Positions 22,801 through 32,883 of a DNA stretch of 64,000 nt are shown here, one piece after another. A program made the translations under genes and the position numbers. Each line of letters begins with the position of its first letter. Position 1 is the stretch's first letter. Source of the stretch: Rhynchopus sp. YZ270_cl-10 (taxonomy: Eukaryota); contig OZ037840.1 in the NCBI GenBank assembly GCA_964035575.1, positions 620,001 to 684,000 of the forward strand, read 5' to 3'. Below the pieces are notes generated by a model, which saw only the letters and a program-made list of their open reading frames with translations, was not told the DNA's origin and made no database searches.

Positions 22801-22859
22801 TGGACCACCGCCCCAACCATGTGGACCAGCCTCCTACAAACGAGCTGGTGCACGTGTAG
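16845..22859 (+). CDS. CAP (SCP/PR-1) domain + EGF-like repeat type-I membrane protein, copy 1 (~2004 aa)
   Basis: Signal peptide MKTITSMLLCAAHIFVADA. CAP motifs HNLYRAKHG, GENI, GHFTAVIW and YLMCSY. Six-Cys DEC...CTC repeats. TM WEIVVAIAAGVLCACGAAAAYM. Confidence 0.93.
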   Translation: MKTITSMLLCAAHIFVADAKCEVPSTLAWCPAGDFVPIEAPAEAASHSCAAKTSCRSGLQDWQIKRVVDQHNLYRAKHGACPVTYSKTVEDWALNSDGFDTTCKTEKSTHNSGSPYGENIAMVGTFTTNTATFDPAEGVRNWYCKEEGCYDYNNPGFFSDTGHFTAVIWKGTTEIGCALCHVEGSYVKNYLMCSYNSAGNVRYKFPENALPDGNTPTDCSPETPAPPTEDECAATPCGSDQDCNDPDQTVDSDYTCTCQADNSVVETGKAAVCETDECATGTPCGADQDCNDPDTSPNSVTDFVCTCQSDNSLTNTGAPATCDKDECSNDPCETASTGQTCADPNPSPSSTGDYTCTCTNGVSATGGKASCDVDECAATPAPCGTGQTCVDPDTAADKKLDFVCTCDSDASITNTGAAATCSSDECSSDPCETATTGQTCADPNPSPSSTGDYTCTCANGVSATGGKASCDVDECAATPAPCGTGQTCVDPDTAADKKFDFVCTCDSDASITNTGAAATCSKDECSNDPCETATTGQTCADPNPSPSSTGDYTCTCANGVSATGGKASCDADECAATPAPCGTGQSCVDPDTAADKKFDFVCTCDSDASITNTGAAATCSKDECSNDPCETAITGQTCADPNPSPSSTGDYTCTCANGVSATGGKASCDADECAATPAPCGTGQSCVDPDTAADKKFDFVCTCDSDASIMSTGAAATCSKDECSNDPCETATTGQTCADPNPSPSSTGDYTCTCANGVSATGGKASCDADECAATPAPCGTGQSCVDPDTAADKKFDFVCTCDTAPTITNTGAAATCSKDECSNDPCETATTGQTCADPNPSPSSTGDYTCTCANGVSATGGKTSCDLDECTVTPAQCGTGQSCVDPDTAADKKFDFVCTCDSDSMTTKTGGAVPTCVLDECAATPSPCGAQMCADAMKGPSQLNDYVCTCAAPSTEKATGKPAVCNTGSEDECLATPPPCGAGQTCVDPDQTAMSMNDYTCTCVTGTGSETAAPALCVLDECIAGPCGGGQTCTDMDTAVSATDDFTCTCDAPLAGTAMGMAATCTSNDCDSNPCDAGQTCTDPDQSTMSHGDFWCECANGVKAQGTSATCDIDECAPADPADFPCGKDQLCEDPNKAKTSQHDFVCTCPLDSSISKIDGPAICSADDCESDPCGAGQTCTDPNPSLTSHNDFICECANGVQSQGVRATCEIDECDAAHNKCLADQLCEDPNKSKTSQHDFVCTCPLDSSISKIDGPAICSADDCDSNPCGAGQTCTDPNPSLTSHNDFWCECANGVTSQGTSATCEIDECAPADPADFPCGKDQLCEDPNKAKTSQHDFVCTCPLDSSISQTDGPAICTVNDCDSEPCGAGQTCTDPTPTAASHYDFICTCDSSDVQTTGTRATCEIDECDADHNKCLADQLCEDPNKSYNSQHDYVCKCKSDPTLQQVDGPAACSLNDCDSNPCGLGQMCMDPTPTAASHYDFICTCTNGVTSQGTSATCEIDECDAAHYACGKDQLCEDPNKSKSSQHDYVCTCPLDSSIKKTNGAAICTLNDCDSEPCGAGQTCTDPTPTAASHYDFICTCVNGVTSQGVSATCEIDECDDDRNLCPADQMCEDPNKAKTSQHDFVCSCRSNPDIKQTDGPAACADECAANPCGADQMCEEGRLGAAYMGDYLCTCLNDKNRFTVGMAVPACGVDECTSGPCGQGEMCLDPDFDVEKDFQCRCNGGKQISVGAPMSECDECTMGLFPCLGPFGEKETCTDPDTSPESLGDFVCECPNHGARATGGPAQCSKQGECSSDPCVDPHAVCEDPDPSTAGDFTCKCMVGSVGESVGKAVDCTIDECAGNPCGPQQECVDMNTHWENVGDFVCKCTETPSKMPLFGTAVGRGAKCTTSPQPTAEGDTMSPLGRATASPPITYTAAPLPSADAGAADSSSDSDEGGFPWEIVVAIAAGVLCACGAAAAYMQKRKGAGDVDINDFMELDHRPNHVDQPPTNELVHV

Positions 22860-23013
22860 ACAGCTGTCATGCCCTGCGGCGTTCTTACCGTTACATGATA
22901 CATCTCCCACTCTGCCAGGATTAGTTAACGCAGACGTTGTTCACGTTCCATCTAAAGAAGAAGTGGCTGTGTGTTACCGTGGTTCGTTTGTTCAGTTTGT
23001 TCTTCACAAACCA

Positions 23014-26000
23014 AACCGCTGGAGATAGACGATGTCTCCAGCCCTATTTATTTTTATTGATGTAAATTTGATTTTTCATCATTTTATGAAAGTATCAGAA
23101 GAGTGTTACACAGAGACTTCTGAATTCACATGACAGGTGATACTTTATTGTTGGCCGCAGGGCATTTGTGCTTTCCTCCGGATGGCTGGCATTGTACGTG
23201 GCCAGTCGGAGGTGCTAACTTTGCTAACTCTGTCATATGAATTCACATGAAGTGCAAAAAAAATCGTGAACACGTCCGTTCCTTTGTTCTTGCCGTTTCT
23301 TGGTTTTTATTATTGTTTTTGTTTCCGCCCCCCTTTCGATTGTTTTATTTTGTTTCTCTTGAGATTTGTGTTAAGAAGCATCTGTGTCGTCATCACATTT
23401 TGATAGTGCATGTTGCTCCAAGAGAACTAACGATGGAAGATTCCTTCCTGGATGTTGCCTTCTTTTTACGAATTATAAATTAATACATCCCACCCCAGAC
23501 CCCCTCTTGTCTTGCCTTTTGCTTGTTCCACATGGCAACAGCAGCAAACAGAGCAGAGGCAGTGGGGCACACATATGAAGCGTTTCTTATGAAGGAAGCT
23601 ACACACACCCTACATCGTGCGTGCGTTCTTTGTTTTGTTTTAGTGGATTGATACTGTTGCGCATGAGCTTGAGGGCCTGCTGGTGTGCTGAACAGAGAAA
23701 AAGGAAAGAGAAAAAGGAAACCGAGTTGAGGAAAATGCTCATTGTCGTTATGGGCAGACGAATCAGAATCAAAACGTCTTGTTTTTTTTGTTTTTTTTTT
23801 TTGTTTTCAATTTATTATTTTTGTGCGGGGTCTTGGCTGCCTTTTTGGTCAACAAGATTTCCTGCAGAAGGGTTTTTTCCCTGTCTTATTCTTGTGTGCG
23901 TGTGTGTGTTTTTCTACATCATTTTCTTTTTTCGCGCTCATCCGTATCCGATGAGGCGTTAACTTTTCTTCATTGACGAAGCATGTGAGCTGTAGCTGGG
24001 GAGGCTGAGGGAGCGCAGCTATGGCAAGTGTGGCAAAGGTGTCAGGAAGCACATCTGCGTTGTAAGAAACATGATGTGTGCTTGGCGTCCTTGCTTCACA
24101 GTGCCATACTCTCTGTCTGGCCCTCAACCTTACTGGTATTCAGATGACGACCCTCAGCAGGGTGGCGAGGACCGTCATCCTTGCCAAATTATTATTTATC
24201 TTTCTTTTTTGTTGCATTTCTGTTCGTTCGTGACTTGAAATGGTACTTACCGATATAACCTATAAACATATGTATTTTTTTTTGTATTTCTTCTTACTTT
24301 CTGGGGTAAAATTTACTGGCTGTAACCTCGCAGACTTTTATGAATGGGTCCATGAAACTTTTCTTTTTCAAAAAAAAAAATAAAAAGAGAAAAGAGAAAA
24401 GAAAAGAAGAACGAGTCCACTTCACTATCAGAAACAAACAATACACTTTAAAAACAAAAAGTTTGGATCCATTTAGTGCACCCTATTATGCCTTCTATTC
24501 AGTAGAATAGAAAGTATATGAAGTAATATTGCTTTCTGTTTCCCCCATTTTTTTTTCCTTTTTGTTTCTATACGGACTCGTCCGGAAACCCCTCTGGTAA
24601 GATTCATCCTTTTGGGTATTTTTGGGTTTTTTTGATGATGTCCCCCACAAAAAGTGCATCTAGGTGATATTCTGATATGAAAATAGGTTTTTGGGGGGGT
24701 CTGAGGCTATATTTTCGCTTTTTTAATCAGATTTTCAGCCTTTTATTGTCGTTCTTCTGGATCTCTTCTCTCTTTCTCTTAATCCTGCCATGCCGCCTTG
24801 ACAAGGTTTCATTGACCTCTGTCAAATCTACTGGGTCAATGCCAGGGACTTTTGCTTTGCGGGTCACCTTGGATGTGGAGACTCCATAGTAAATAAAGGT
24901 TCCCTCCGTGTCAGAGTACACGCTGAAATGACACAACCGTTGCTCGGGTAGTAGTACACAGAAGAAAAGAGATTGATGGAAAGAACGGTGCACTGATACG
25001 TATGAGTACGAGGGAATGAGATAACAAAGGCCTCTGTGTGGGGAAGCTCGCGCAGGGCACCGACAATGACCCCTACGGTAAGGATCTCCTGACAACAAGA
25101 ATCATCAGAGAGATGGTTCGAAACGACACCAAGTGTGCGTCGCACCCATTCTTACCGTGTTTCTCGACAAAAAAGTGAACTTCACTGCTGTCATTGCCAC
25201 GTTTATGAAATGTCCAAAAATACGTAAAAAAATATAAGTAAAAAGGGGGGGAGCGGAAATAAACAAAAATAAATGATCAAAATATGCCCTCTGGGGTGGT
25301 AGGTGTATGGCGGGTATCAAAAAATTGGGTTGTTTGGGTGTTTTGAGCAGAAAAACCTCAAAAAACCCCCAAAAGGATGAATCTTACCAGGAGGGTTTCC
25401 GGACGGACCCATACATATTATAATGTTTTGGTGCACGTGACTCTGACACACTCATCACAAACATCCCCCTCCTCTGATTTGAACCACAACTTCAAACAAC
25501 AAGACATGGCATGTCCTATCCGATGTTGCTGTAGTGTTCCTTTTCTGTTGTCCCACCAATACGATGTGCCGTACTTCCGAGAAGTTTTTTTTTCTCTATT
25601 TTTCTGCCCGGGTTTTTTTTATTCTTGCTGGGTTTTTGTCACCCAAAACCATGTTTTTTGTTTGGAAGAAACACAAAACATGGTTAGGTACCAATAAACT
25701 ATCCAAAATGGGCTAAACTTAATAACACCAGAGTTTTAATTCTCGAGTTCAAGGCTATTTTTTGGTTTGGACGCTTTCGGAAAAAGGAACACACGCGACT
25801 TGCACAATATGGCACAGTCCGTAAAGGAAGCGAACAACAAACAACCAAAATTTTTCCTCTTCCCCTTTTTATCCTTTTGAGCAACAAGCAAAGAGTAACG
25901 AGTCTCTCGAGCATTTTGCTGGGTTTTTGTCACCCAAAACCATGTTTTTTGTTTGGAAGAAACACAAAACATGGTTAGGTACCAATAAACTATCCAAAAT

Positions 26001-26756
26001 GGGCTAAACTTAATAACACCAGAGTTTTAATTCTCGAGTTCAAGGCTATTTTTTGGTTTGGACGCTTTCGGAAAAAGGAACACACGCGACTTGCACAATA
26101 TGGCACAGTCCGTAAATAAGAAGATTAATGGGCATGCCACGTTCTTTGTTGTAAAGAGCAAACACACCACCAAAGACAGCAGGTCCTGATACCACCGACG
26201 TCTGTCTCTTGTGGTGTCTGTTCACCCACCCTCTTTCCCTGCACACCCTTCTTGCTCGACTATGGCATGTTGGGTGGCAAAAAAACGTACCCCCTTTTTC
26301 CGGTGCCACAGAGCACCGCAAAAAGGGAAACAGTATGTCGCTGTGATTTTCAACCCCTGCCCCTTGTTTTCGTCCTTCCCTCATTGCCCCCTTCCCAAGT
26401 TATTGTGCAGCCATGTGTGCATGCGGGCCACAGCTCGTGCAACACACTGGCTGCATCTGTTTTGATACTTCACACCCCCTTCCTCTGTAGGTTTGGTAAA
26501 GGGGCAGTGTTGCTTGCTGGGTGCGTGTGGAAAGGCACGGTGGTGTTCGGCTGTGCTGCTCAGAATGTGTTACGCTTTTGAGCGGTGCACCGTTGCACTG
26601 CTGGGGTGCTCCTCCCAACCCAATGGCACCCACCCGTACACCTGGCCTCAGAGGATACAAACTTGCCTTGTCGCAAGGGTTTAAAAGAGGAAAGAAAACG
26701 TTTTGTTTGTCATCTTGTACGACTTTACTTCTGTGATGGTATCACTACCGCCTTCC
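23014..26756 (+). repeat. Segmental duplication of the CAP-gene spacer (copy 2)
   Basis: Matches 1..43 and 2325..5544. Carries an extra ~240-bp indel (~24289..24526) and a local duplication (25625..25825 = 25916..26116). Confidence 0.95.
24574..25410. mobile_element. 837-bp non-autonomous TIR element (copy 2)
   Basis: Near-identical to 3698..4534. Flanked by ATAC at 24570..24573 and 25411..25414. Confidence 0.85.
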
Positions 26757-26927
26757 CATAGGACAGAAGAAGCAGCAGCAGGAGCTGTCGGGTGTCCTGC
26801 ACTGTGCTCAACACTTCCTCACAACTGTAGGCTCAAACACAGTGGTTATGACACAGCGGCAATGACTATCCGCGGCACAAAGGCCTTGCTACACCACACC
26901 ACATACAGACAACGAATAGGATACACA

Positions 26928-29900
26928 ATGAAAACCATCACCTCAGTGCTGCTCTGTGCAGCACACCTTTACACCGCAGACGCAAGCTGTAGTATTGCAT
27001 CTACCCTAGCCTGGTGTCCAGCAGGAGACTTCGTGCCCACAGTTGCACCTGCAGACGCAGCCAGCCACTCCTGTGCTGCGAAGACGTCGTGCAGGTCTGG
27101 GCTTCAGGATTGGCAGATCCAGACAGTGGTCGACCAGCACAACTTATACCGTGCGAAGCACGGTGCATGCCCTGTGACGTACAGCAAGACAGTGGAAGAC
27201 TGGGCACTGAACAGCGACGGGTTTGACACAACGTGCAAGACTGAGTCGCTGACCCACAACTCTGGTGGTCCGTACGGAGAGAACATCGCAATGGTGGGGA
27301 CGTTCACAACGAACACAGCGACGTTTGACCCTGCAGAGGGTGTGCGGAACTGGTACTGCAAAGAGGAGGGCTGTTACGACTATGGGAGCCCTGGCTTCAG
27401 TGGCGACACAGGTCACTTCACAGCAGTCATCTGGAAGGACACAACAGAGATCGGATGTGCACTGTGCCACGTTGAAGGGTCCTATGTGAAGAACTTCCTC
27501 ATGTGCAGCTACAGCTCGTCTGGGAACTACGCGAACAGGTTTCCTGACAACGTTCTGAAGGACGGGACGGCAGCAACCGGCTGTGTGGCCACTCCTCCTA
27601 CCACAATGACAGACGAGTGTGCAGCAACACCCTGTGGCAGTGACCAGGACTGCAACGACCCAGACCAGACAGTGGACAGCGACTACACCTGCACATGCCA
27701 AGCAGACAACTCTGTTGTTGAGACAGGGAAGGCAGCAGTGTGCGAGACGGACGAGTGTGCGACAGGCACTCCGTGTGGTGCAGACCAAGACTGCAACGAT
27801 CCCGACACGTCTCCAAACAGTGTTACTGACTTTGTGTGCACGTGCCAGTCCGACAACTCACTCACCAACACAGGTGCACCTGCAACGTGTTCGAGTGACG
27901 AGTGCTCGAAGGACCCTTGTGAGACAGCCACCACAGGACAGACATGTGCTGACCCGAACCCAAGCCCTTCATCAACAGGAGACTACACTTGCACCTGTGC
28001 GAACGGAGTGTCTGCAACAGGAGGAAAGGCGAGCTGTGATGTGGATGAGTGTGCTGCCACACCTGCACCGTGTGGAACTGGACAGTCCTGTGTTGATCCT
28101 GACACAGCAGCTGACAAGAAGTTCGACTTCGTGTGCACATGCGACAGTGACGCAAGCATCACCAACACAGGAGCATCAGCAACGTGTTCGAGTGACGAGT
28201 GCTCGAAGGACCCATGTGAGACAGCCACCACAGGACAGACGTGTGCTGACCCGAACCCAAGCCCTTCATCAACAGGAGACTACACTTGCACTTGTGCGAA
28301 CGGAGTGTCTGCAACAGGAGGAAAGGCGAGCTGTGATGTGGACGAGTGTGCTGCCACACCTGCACCATGTGGAAGTGGCCAGTCGTGTGTTGATCCTGAC
28401 ACAGCAGCTGACAAGAAGTTTGACTTCGTGTGCACATGTGACAGCGACTCGATGACAATGAAGACTGGAGGAGCGGTGCCAACGTGTGTGCTTGATGAGT
28501 GTGCAGCAACACCGTCTCCGTGTGGTGCACAGATGTGTGAGGATGCGATGAAGGGACCTTCGCAGAAGGATGACTTCGTGTGCACATGCGCTGCACCAAG
28601 CACAGAGAAGGCGACAGGGAAGCCTGCTGTGTGCAACACAGGATCGGAAGATGAGTGTCTTGCTATTCCGCCTCCGTGCGGTGCTGGGCAGACGTGTGTT
28701 GATCCCGACCAGACAGCGATGAGCATGAACGACTACACCTGCACGTGTGTGACAGGTACGGGGACTGAGACAGGTGTGCCAGCTCTGTGTGTTCTTGACG
28801 AGTGCATCGCAGGACCGTGTGGAGGTGGGCAGACATGCACTGACATGGACACTACACTTGGTGTGACAGGAGATTTCACTTGCACATGTGACGCACCTTT
28901 GGCTGGGACAGCGATGGGTATGGCTGCAACGTGTACAAGCAACGACTGTGACAGCAACCCCTGTGGCCTGGGACAGATGTGCATGGACCCAACACCTACA
29001 GCAGCGTCGCACTACGACTTCATCTGCACGTGTGCAAACGGTGTGAAGGCACAGGGTACCTCTGCCACTTGTGAGATTGACGAGTGTGCACCTGCTGACC
29101 CAGCAGACTTCCCCTGTGGGAAGGACCAGCTGTGCGAGGACCCGAACAAGGCAAAGACTTCCCAACACGACTTTGTGTGCACATGCCCTCTGGACTCAAG
29201 CATCAAGAAGACAAACGGTGCTGCGATCTGCACTCTGAACGACTGCGACAGCGAGCCTTGTGGTGCTGGACAGACGTGCACAGACCCGACACCAACAGCA
29301 GCATCGCACTACGACTTCATCTGCACGTGTGTGAACGGTGTGACGTCGCAGGGTGTGAGTGCGACGTGTGAGATTGACGAGTGCGACGATGACCGCAACC
29401 TGTGCCCTGCAGACCAGATGTGCGAGGACCCGAACAAGGCGAAGACGTCGCAGCACGACTTTGTGTGCTCGTGCCGATCGAACCCGGACATCAAGCAGAC
29501 GGACGGGCCTGCGGCATGTGCAAACGAGTGTGCTGCGAACCCGTGTGGTGCGGACCAGATGTGTGAGGAGGGGCGTCTGGGTGCTGCTTACATGGGAGAC
29601 TACATGTGCATGTGCCTGAACGACAAGAACAGGTTTTCGGTTGGGATGGCGGTTCCTGCCTGCGGTGTGGACGAGTGCACAAGCGGACCGTGTGGGCAGG
29701 GTGAGATGTGTCTGGACCCCGACTTTGATGTGGAGAAGGACTTCCAGTGCCGCTGCAATGGGGGGAAGCAGATTTCGGTTGGTGCGCCAATGTCAGAGTG
29801 CGACGAGTGCACGATGGGGCTGTTCCCGTGCCTGGGCCCGTTTGGGGAGAAGGAGACATGCACAGACCCAGACACGTCGCCGGAGAGCCTTGGGGACTTT

Positions 29901-30599
29901 GTGTGCGAGTGTCCGAACCACGGTGCACGTGCGACGGGTGGCCCTGCACAGTGCAGCAAGCAGGGCGAGTGCAGCAGCGACCCGTGTGTGGACCCACACG
30001 CAGTGTGTGAGGACCCGGACCCGTCGACAGCAGGCGACTTCACGTGCAAGTGCATGGTGGGATCTGTGGGGGAGAGTGTGGGGAAGGCTGTCGACTGCAC
30101 CATTGACGAGTGTGCGGGGAACCCGTGTGGTCCGCAGCAGGAGTGTGTCGACATGAACACACACTGGGAGAACGTGGGGGACTTTGTGTGCAAGTGCACA
30201 GAGACGCCAAGCAAGATGCCGCTCTTTGGGACTGCTGTCGGGCGTGGTGCCAAGTGCACAACGTCGCCGCAGCCCACAGCTGAAGGCGATACGATGTCGC
30301 CCTTGGGGCGTGCCACTGCGTCCCCGCCAATCACGTACACTGCTGCACCGTTGCCGTCTGCTGACGCTGGTGCGGCCGACGCGTCTTCCGACAGTGACGA
30401 GGACGGCTTCCCGTGGGAGATCATTGTTGCGATTGCTGCTGGCGTTCTGTGTGCTTGTGGTGCTGCTGCTGCGTACATGCAGAAGCGTATTAGACAGCTA
30501 GGATCTGATATTGCGATGAAAGACTTTTGCGAATTGGACGAGAACAATAGCGTTCCTGAAAGAGTGGAGGAACCCATACGGGAGATTGTGCGTATCTAG
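26928..30599 (+). CDS. CAP + EGF-like repeat type-I membrane protein, copy 2 (~1223 aa, short stalk)
   Basis: Same architecture as copy 1 with only 2+2 repeat units and a divergent cytoplasmic tail. Confidence 0.93.
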   Translation: MKTITSVLLCAAHLYTADASCSIASTLAWCPAGDFVPTVAPADAASHSCAAKTSCRSGLQDWQIQTVVDQHNLYRAKHGACPVTYSKTVEDWALNSDGFDTTCKTESLTHNSGGPYGENIAMVGTFTTNTATFDPAEGVRNWYCKEEGCYDYGSPGFSGDTGHFTAVIWKDTTEIGCALCHVEGSYVKNFLMCSYSSSGNYANRFPDNVLKDGTAATGCVATPPTTMTDECAATPCGSDQDCNDPDQTVDSDYTCTCQADNSVVETGKAAVCETDECATGTPCGADQDCNDPDTSPNSVTDFVCTCQSDNSLTNTGAPATCSSDECSKDPCETATTGQTCADPNPSPSSTGDYTCTCANGVSATGGKASCDVDECAATPAPCGTGQSCVDPDTAADKKFDFVCTCDSDASITNTGASATCSSDECSKDPCETATTGQTCADPNPSPSSTGDYTCTCANGVSATGGKASCDVDECAATPAPCGSGQSCVDPDTAADKKFDFVCTCDSDSMTMKTGGAVPTCVLDECAATPSPCGAQMCEDAMKGPSQKDDFVCTCAAPSTEKATGKPAVCNTGSEDECLAIPPPCGAGQTCVDPDQTAMSMNDYTCTCVTGTGTETGVPALCVLDECIAGPCGGGQTCTDMDTTLGVTGDFTCTCDAPLAGTAMGMAATCTSNDCDSNPCGLGQMCMDPTPTAASHYDFICTCANGVKAQGTSATCEIDECAPADPADFPCGKDQLCEDPNKAKTSQHDFVCTCPLDSSIKKTNGAAICTLNDCDSEPCGAGQTCTDPTPTAASHYDFICTCVNGVTSQGVSATCEIDECDDDRNLCPADQMCEDPNKAKTSQHDFVCSCRSNPDIKQTDGPAACANECAANPCGADQMCEEGRLGAAYMGDYMCMCLNDKNRFSVGMAVPACGVDECTSGPCGQGEMCLDPDFDVEKDFQCRCNGGKQISVGAPMSECDECTMGLFPCLGPFGEKETCTDPDTSPESLGDFVCECPNHGARATGGPAQCSKQGECSSDPCVDPHAVCEDPDPSTAGDFTCKCMVGSVGESVGKAVDCTIDECAGNPCGPQQECVDMNTHWENVGDFVCKCTETPSKMPLFGTAVGRGAKCTTSPQPTAEGDTMSPLGRATASPPITYTAAPLPSADAGAADASSDSDEDGFPWEIIVAIAAGVLCACGAAAAYMQKRIRQLGSDIAMKDFCELDENNSVPERVEEPIREIVRI

Positions 30600-30665
30600 A
30601 GCTCCTGTGGATGCTCACTGCTGTGCCGTTTCTTATTTACACACTACCCCACCTGATTATTACCC

Positions 30666-30719
30666 CGCGTATAGGCCACGTGCAGGCGCGTATACGAGCC
30701 TGCACGTGGCCTATACGCG
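30666..30719. repeat. 54-bp near-perfect GC-rich palindrome
   Basis: CGCGTATAGGCCACGTGCAGGC-G-CGTATACG-A-GCCTGCACGTGGCCTATACGCG, with one mismatched pair. Confidence 0.95.
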
Positions 30720-31790
30720 CCTAACAATCAGGTGTCCACCCTTTTTTATTTCTGAGGTTCCCATTCCCGCTTTGATTGGATATTACTGCAGTGTTTTGCG
30801 CTCTGGAGGTTTCGGCCACAATGCTTCCCACGATTGCCATGGCATGCTGCTCTGTGTGATGTAAGGCATGTGAACCAATGCTCAAGACTTTCCCTTATTG
30901 TCAAGCGAGTTACGTTATTGCCACGGTAGTGTGAAGACATGACGAAAATATGATAAACCCGGGGGGGTTTTTTTTTTGCAGATTTTGAGGTCCACCCGGG
31001 GCCGGTCACGTACCAAGGTACACTGTTCACGAGAGGGGTTTGTATTTCAAGTGAACCATTTTTTTTTAAGTTTCGTTCTGTTTGCACTTTTGACTAAGAT
31101 GCAACTGTCTTCTTTGTTATTGCCTTTATTTTTCTTAGGGACATTCAATGTACAAAGAACGCTTCTGTCGCGACTGAATTTGAGAATGATACTGTTTCCT
31201 TTTGTACCCCTTTTTCACCTCTCCCCCACATAGACAGCCTCTCCATCCCATGTCTGTGCTCTACACCAGCTTCATATACTTCACAGACAAGAAGTTTCTT
31301 CTGGGAAATTCGGAAGTGTGGAGGCATCAATGCAAAAAAATCAAGAACGATCAAGAAAGAGAAACAAAGCATACTTTAACTGAGTCCCTTATTGTTGACT
31401 CTTTGCTTTTTTTTTTTTTCTCTTTTGGGTTTTTATGAAGGATTGTTGGAATAGTGTAGTTGCCACCATCTGGAAGCGCCACTGTCGTTATATTAGGTGC
31501 CCGAGCACCTTGATGCTTGTATCATATTATATAAACCCTTTTTTATAATTATGTGTTATACATCTGCGTGAACCTGAGGTGCGTCCCTTCTTTCAACACA
31601 TTTCCCCCCTTTTGTTCTGTTTTTTTTCCCCCTTTTTGACACTCATTTAGAGTTCCACCCTTTGTTTTTGCTTGCTAAATTGCACCCCCCCGCTAAGATG
31701 TGCAAAACTTTCCCTTTAGCCCTGCCTACTCCATATTCTTGGAGCTTCCAGGACCGTGCATGCTCTGCCGACATTAAGCGCAGATTTTTA

Positions 31791-31913
31791 CCCAGTTTGG
31801 TGTGGTTGAAGGGAGGTGGTTCGCACTTTTTGCGCACTTTTTGCGCACTGGGGAAATTTTTTTGAGGGCTGATTCGCACTTTTTCCGCCCCCATTCAGCC
31901 ACACTACAGTGGG
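31791..31913. mobile_element. MITE-like element with TA flanks
   Basis: Imperfect ~20-bp TIR (CCCAGTTTGGTGTGGTTGAA / TTCAGCCACACTACAGTGGG). TA on both sides. Internal CGCACTTTTT repeats. Confidence 0.55.
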
Positions 31914-32042
31914 TATTAAGTGATTGTCGACACCATAATTATTAATATGAATAAAAATAACTGACATTGCGCCAGCCACAGTGCACTTAGCAAAGCAAAC
32001 AGATAGAAAAAAAAAAATTTTTTTTTTTACCTCTCACAAAAG

Positions 32043-32406
32043 TTAATACATCCCACCCCAGACCCCCTCTTGCCTTGCCTTTTGCTTGTTCCACATGGCA
32101 ACAGCAGCAAACAGAGCAGAGGCAGTGGGGCACATATATGAAGCGTTTCTTATGAAGGAAGCTACACACACCCTACATCGTGCGTGCGTTCTTTGTTTTG
32201 TTTTAGTGAATTGATACTGTTGCGCATGAGCTTGAGGGCCTGCTGGTGTGCTGAACAGAGAAAAAGGAAATCGAGTTGAGGAAAATGCTCATTGTCGTTA
32301 TGGGCAGACGAATCAGAATCAAAACGTCTTGTTTTTTTTTGTTTTCAATTTTTTATTTTTGTGCGGGGTCTTAGATGCTTTTTTTCCAAACAAGATTTCC
32401 TGCAGA
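32043..32406 (+). repeat. Third copy of a spacer block
   Basis: Matches ~2798..3185 and ~23480..23868. Confidence 0.9.
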
Positions 32407-32883
32407 GGTCTTATTACCTGTCTTTGGGGCAGAACAGTCATTATTTTTTCTCTCTTTTTTTTCTCCTTCTTTCCTCTTGGTGTACAACGTGGGTAGCGTA
32501 CCAACTAAACAAAAGACGAACCGGGGTTTTATTTTCTTTTTTCAGTGTGTACGAGCGTCGCACTCATCTCAAAGGGGGTAGTGCTAGTATCCACCGTTCC
32601 AAAATCCCAAAAATTCTCAAAAAAAAAAAAAAGGGTTATTTCCCGAAACAGCGTAGAAAGCGTAGACCCACTATGCTAGGATAAGAGGCATACCCACTGC
32701 AGGCCTACCCGTTTATAAACCTTTTTTTCTATTTCTTGCCGCTTTGTGTTGCGTTCATTTCTAGCTTTTCTATAAGTGCCCCACCTCAAAAAATCTTTCT
32801 TGCTTTTGACTTTGCTTTGGTACCACGTGTCAGCCAGCAGCCACATAAACCACACCACATACAGACACACGATTGAGTCAACA

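Noticed and set aside
23141..23150. Spliced-leader relic (TACTTTATTG)
   Set aside because: Only 10 nt match the euglenozoan SL 3' end, the upstream bases do not, and the paralog differs.
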